Shown here piece by piece: positions 62,589 through 64,000 of a stretch of 64,000 nt of DNA. The notes beneath the pieces were generated by a model. That model worked only from the letters and a program-made list of their open reading frames with translations, was not told the origin of the DNA and did not search any database. The number at the start of each line of letters is the position of its first letter. Within the stretch, counting starts at the first letter, position 1. Made by a program: the position numbers and the translations under genes. Location of the stretch: positions 28,644,001-28,708,000 of the forward strand of contig CM022679.1 of NCBI GenBank assembly GCA_012295275.1, read 5' to 3'. The DNA comes from Chrysomallon squamiferum (lineage: Eukaryota > Animalia > Mollusca).

Positions 62589-64000
62589 TGTGGCCGAGTG
62601 CATAAAGCATCCTCACACAAAATCTATACAAGTTCGATGTCGATTACATCTTTACTTTCTCTGCCCACATGACAACATGACAGACAATAGTATAACATTA
62701 TAAATGATAATATCGTAGTTATACTGCAGAGAACAGGACCAAACGTCTTTCTCCCTTGCCAGATATTCTCTCTTCTCTCTTGAACTCTTTTTCACTGCAG
62801 TCACACAGATAACATCTCACACCCCTGACCATATCTGTCCTGGATTCCTTAAGAAAGCATCAGTGAGAGTGTTTACAATATATCAATGTCCCACGTGTCT
62901 TGGAAGAATTTCCAAGTACTTTACGTCTAATCAAGGAGAAATAAACATCACATACGTTAACGGTGTCTCTTGAGATTATGCTTGGTGCTTTTAGTTCAGT
63001 CCCTCACATATATATCATACCTTTGCATGGGCTGATATATTTTTCATGTATCGACCGTTTCACTGCGATTACTCGAATTGTTGTACATTGGTGTTAAAGG
63101 CCCTTGAGCAATAACAAAAATAATGACAATTATTTTTTTATGTCAAATTTATTTTTAAAAAAAGAACAATAATAATAATAAAATACTAAAATTTTTTTAA
63201 AAATTAGCCACTCAACCATGTCCGCTGAGATGAAGTGAAGCAAAACAGTCTAGATATTCCTGGTGCCTGAAAGGAATAGATCTGTCATGTACATGTCTCT
63301 AGATATTTGTTAATTCAACTGTACATTTAATTATTTACATTCATTTTACGTTTCAGTCGACATTGTCGGACTGGTATTTCAGTAATAATCACACACACGC
63401 TGTCTGTGGTGTCACAGCGACTTAGCGAAGTAAAACAAATCAGTCTGTGGGACATCAAGCAATACACGAGAAGTGACTGAAGATCACAGGCGTTTCATGA
63501 AAAGGCTGAAATATGACTGCATTGATTCAAGTCTTCCTGTTGACACTTGTATACAGACTTTTTGTCTTAAATATTGATAAAATCACAATCTAAAAACAAA
63601 CTAGCATACTACTTAATATGAATTATTTAATGGTATAAAGTAATTTAATATTCAACGTATAAGTTTTGATTAATGAACCGTATAGAGTATATGCTTGATA
63701 ACACTTGAATATTACTAACAAAAGGTGCTGATAATTAATGCTTCTCTGAGTTTTTTTCTTGAGCAAACCACGCAGAATCTGCTATATTATTGATGTAGCG
63801 TTTTTCATGCCTGGTTAATTGCAATGGTTCGCTGCTTTATTCTCTGACTGTGTGTTTATATAAGCAAATGGATTAGGACACACGTGGCCATTTTCCATGA
63901 TTTCTAATATGTTAGTATAAAACACCGTCATTACAGCACCAGATGGCGGTTCACCTCTGATGAGCCCTGCTTCAGCTGCTGACTCGGCTGATTCATTCAA

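Noticed and set aside
62200-64000. Coding gene in the complex sequence at the window end (ORFs 62307-62603 and 63815-64000)
   Set aside because: No recognisable motifs or consistent splice sites; possibly decayed transposon DNA, but I cannot support a call.

Overview
Eukaryotic, AT-rich, microsatellite-dense genomic DNA with spliceosomal introns, probably from a lophotrochozoan and plausibly a mollusc (inferred from the F-type lectin + PAN gene and the repeat landscape). Recognisable genes: (1) the first six coding exons of a divergent GH38 MAN2B1-like alpha-mannosidase (minus strand, 400-5316, continuing off the left edge); (2) a USH1G/SANS-ANKS4B family ankyrin-SAM-PBM gene (minus, 27337-41527) whose large exon needs two compensating 1-nt frameshifts; (3) a four-exon secreted F-type lectin + PAN/apple gene (plus, 58382-60695) with one frameshift, and an internally deleted pseudogene copy near 52.0-52.5 kb. 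A decayed non-LTR retrotransposon lies at about 9.2-11.8 kb. The most interesting content is invisible in the ORF track: three paralogous micro-exon genes for small secreted proteins at 44.7-55.4 kb, two of them head-to-head in an inverted duplication. In the best-preserved copy, tandem 21-nt phase-1 symmetric micro-exons each encode one K|R-D-L-P-x-G unit. This gives a prohormone-like precursor (...RDLPLG-KR-DLPEG-RKR-TDYSYP*) in which each putative amidated peptide sits on its own skippable exon, often between complementary (GA)n/(CT)n tracts. All gene models were spliced by eye and need RNA evidence; several 1-nt indels may be assembly errors.
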